A stretch of DNA of 64,000 nucleotides from Mytilus edulis. Its lineage: Eukaryota. The notes below the pieces were generated by a model. That model was not told where the DNA came from and made no database searches. It worked only from the letters and a program-made list of their open reading frames with translations. A program made the position numbers and the translations under genes. Below are positions 63,001-64,000 of the stretch, in pieces (the stretch's first letter is position 1; every line of letters begins with the position of its first letter). The stretch is from positions 48,484,001 to 48,548,000 of the forward strand of contig NC_092346.1 in NCBI RefSeq assembly GCF_963676685.1, given 5' to 3'.

Positions 63001-64000
63001 TGACTTGGGACAGGCGCAAAATTGCGGCGGGGTTAAACATGTTTATGAGATCTCAACCCTCCCCCTATACCTCTAGCCAATGTAGAAAAGTAAAACAATA
63101 ACAATACGCACATTAAAATTCAGTTCAAGAGAAGTCCGAGTCTGATGTCAAAAGATGTAACAAAAGAAAATAAATAAAATGACAATAATACATAAATAAC
63201 AACAGACTACTAGCAGTTAACTGACATGCCAGCTCCAGACCTCAATTAAACTGATTGAAAGATTATGTCTTCATCATATGAATATCAGGTACAATCCCTC
63301 CCGTTAGGGGTTTAGTATCATACTATCATAAAATATATGAGAAGAACATAACCCGTGTCATGCCAACAACTGTTTTTTTAGAAATAAATGTGTTTAGTTC
63401 CGATGCAAAGACCCTATCAGTGAATCAATGTTAAAGCCAAAATATGCAATCTTTAATGACCTGACAACAGTATCGTAACTATATCCCCTTTTAATAAGTC
63501 TATTTAAAGGTTTTGTTAGTTTCTGAGGAGAATACTGACATTTTTGTGCTTTATAAAGAATATTTCCATAAAATTTTGGATGTGAAATACCTGAACGTAT
63601 AAGATGTCTGCATGTTGAGTTATATTTACGAATTATTTCCTTATACCGGTGATAAAATTTAGTAAATGTTTTGACCATAGTGCATTTTTTATTTTTTTTT
63701 ATTAAAAACTTTAAAAAAAAATATACACTTATTCAATGGTTAAACCATATATCACCGCATTATTATTGCAAGCCGTTAAATTCGAATTATTGTACAACCA
63801 CAATGATCATTCTACACTGATCTATGAACGAAGATTTTACGAGCATGGCTTTTGTTAACATCAACTTAAATAAGTCCTTTTAATTAATTTCAAGAATGTA
63901 AAACTATGTATTCTTTCATTTTAGTTTTTTTTTTTCATTCAAAATACTTTATAGGCTACTACCATGGTTCATCTTCCATTGTTCATGGTGGTGATTACAT
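51013..64000 (+). CDS. Gene C: divergent paralog of the same foot-protein family with many Cys/His and Gly/Tyr/His modules; 3' end outside the window
   Basis: Exons 51013-51058, 52059-52202, 52816-52911, 53438-53638, 53928-54134, 55078-55215, 55599-55664, 56061-56174, 56742-56852, 57364-57486, 57902-57967, 58333-58446, 59015-59125, 59661-59783, 60095-60190, 60828-60941, 61229-61348, 61665-61787, 62093-62188, 62629-62742, 63955-(64000). All phase 1; exons 1, 3 and 4 have the same lengths (46, 96, 201 nt) as in A/B; signal peptide MTRGVFTFLLVVCVTATITEG. Confidence 0.8.
52059..52202 (+). CDS. Gene C exon 2
   Basis: ATITEGYGSYRHGGIVGHTGLYKNHLTSYKDLLTGYGNDHAAGHIYHS; donor GTACAC is weak, so the 3' boundary is less certain. 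Confidence 0.75.
52816..52911 (+). CDS. Gene C exon 3
   Basis: GHFHKIVVGRLYRRFHQFGIDLIGNGLRYKNY; 96 nt. Confidence 0.85.
53438..53638 (+). CDS. Gene C exon 4
   Basis: YFARKCEPLKLYNAFSSCFNEYGRIEDCFPGLIKDGLIG...GIIYHKT; 201 nt. Confidence 0.87.
53928..54134 (+). CDS. Gene C exon 5
   Basis: VYHYHVRSLEFIWTMTSCYNSFHHASICVQKLQKQGLIG...HGRFSYHGH. Confidence 0.85.
55078..55215 (+). CDS. Gene C exon 6 (Cys/His module)
   Basis: AYKLSCSTTRFYSVWNKCYNHYHSVGRCFGYLQQKHLFVSYSSTSI. Confidence 0.87.
55599..55664 (+). CDS. Gene C exon 7 (short Gly/His module)
   Basis: GYHGYDQLGFKIVHGGFSYHGK; AAGTAG tandem acceptor. Confidence 0.82.
56061..56174 (+). CDS. Gene C exon 8 (Cys module)
   Basis: AYTLKCSESRFYKVWDDCYGHYHKGSLCFDRLFKQGLF. 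Confidence 0.87.
56742..56852 (+). CDS. Gene C exon 9 (Gly/Tyr/His module)
   Basis: GYNVDSDYAHGDIDYLGYYNSHHGFHLVDGGFTYKDV. Confidence 0.85.
57364..57486 (+). CDS. Gene C exon 10 (Cys/His module)
   Basis: AYKLSCKTDRFYRSWHDCYDSYHSVDVCFGRLYKSHLFVSL. Confidence 0.87.
57902..57967 (+). CDS. Gene C exon 11 (copy of exon 7)
   Basis: GYHGYDQLGFKIVHGGFSYHGK. Confidence 0.82.
58333..58446 (+). CDS. Gene C exon 12 (copy of exon 8)
   Basis: AYTLKCSESRFYKVWDDCYGHYHKGSVCFDRLFKQGLF. Confidence 0.87.
59015..59125 (+). CDS. Gene C exon 13 (copy of exon 9)
   Basis: GYNVDSDYAHGDIDYLGYYNSHHGFHLVDGGFTYKDV. Confidence 0.85.
59661..59783 (+). CDS. Gene C exon 14 (copy of exon 10)
   Basis: AYKLSCKTDRFYRSWHDCYDSYHSVDVCFGRLYKSHLFVSL. 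Confidence 0.87.
60095..60190 (+). CDS. Gene C exon 15
   Basis: DHGDVHTVHTNYHGYKYLGFRVNHRRFTYHGK. Confidence 0.83.
60828..60941 (+). CDS. Gene C exon 16 (Cys/His module)
   Basis: AYRLKCSTRRFYGLWDDCYNHYHSRSLCFNKIYKQHFF. Confidence 0.87.
61229..61348 (+). CDS. Gene C exon 17
   Basis: GYYHGASSIVNGGNYVDDFGYYKAHHGFSIVNGGFSYNGA. Confidence 0.85.
61665..61787 (+). CDS. Gene C exon 18 (Cys/His module)
   Basis: AYKLSCSRTRFYKAWRSCYGTYHSVDVCYGRLLNDHLFVAL. Confidence 0.87.
62093..62188 (+). CDS. Gene C exon 19 (GC donor)
   Basis: DHGDNYSVHTNYHGYKYLGFKLHHRRFSYHGK then G|GCAAGT; paralog of exon 15. Confidence 0.8.
62629..62742 (+). CDS. Gene C exon 20 (copy of exon 16)
   Basis: AYRLKCSTRRFYGLWDDCYNHYHSRSLCFNKIYKQHFF. 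Confidence 0.87.
62756..63675 (-). mobile_element. 5'-truncated Penelope-like retroelement (family P1): RT C-terminus plus 3' UTR
   Basis: Track ORF 63394..63678 (KTFTKFYHRY...GISHPKFYGNILYK) resembles a PLE RT C-terminus; CATAGT direct repeat at both ends; same 3' end recurs in the window. Confidence 0.72.
63955..64000 (+). CDS. Gene C exon 21 (partial, cut by window end)
   Basis: GYYHGSSSIVHGGDY..., paralog of exon 17. Confidence 0.8.

Overview
AT-rich eukaryotic genomic DNA with spliceosomal introns. The repeat families and protein style point to a mytilid mussel (Mytilus-like); this is inference, not a database result. The window holds three paralogous multi-exon genes for secreted His/Tyr/Gly/Cys/Arg/Lys-rich proteins that resemble byssal plaque protein mfp-12. 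Gene A is on the minus strand at 21460->2896 (20 coding exons, 1110 aa by my exon sum). Gene B is on the minus strand at 43562->30350 (15 coding exons, 744 aa). Gene C is on the plus strand from 51013 to beyond the window end (at least 21 exons, >789 aa). Every intron is phase 1. The exons encode three reusable modules: a C-x11-C-x4-H-x4-C-x7-H module, a YY..HHGF.I.H.RF(S/T)YxG module, and (in A and B) an 11-residue-periodic His-rich helix. Several stages of exon shuffling are visible: a whole-body internal duplication in A, a chimeric exon in B, a 4-exon tandem repeat in C, a dead exon, a GC-AG intron and a stop codon split by an intron. Intron 2 of gene B carries a near-perfect 3.5 x 355-bp array with four type I hammerhead ribozymes in the gene's sense orientation (a retrozyme). 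Introns and spacers also hold Penelope-like retroelement fragments, two non-autonomous Helitrons, nested MITEs and a SINE. No rRNA, tRNA or CRISPR was seen. Most ORFs in the supplied track are spurious or are single exons running on into introns. All gene models were read by eye, without RNA evidence.
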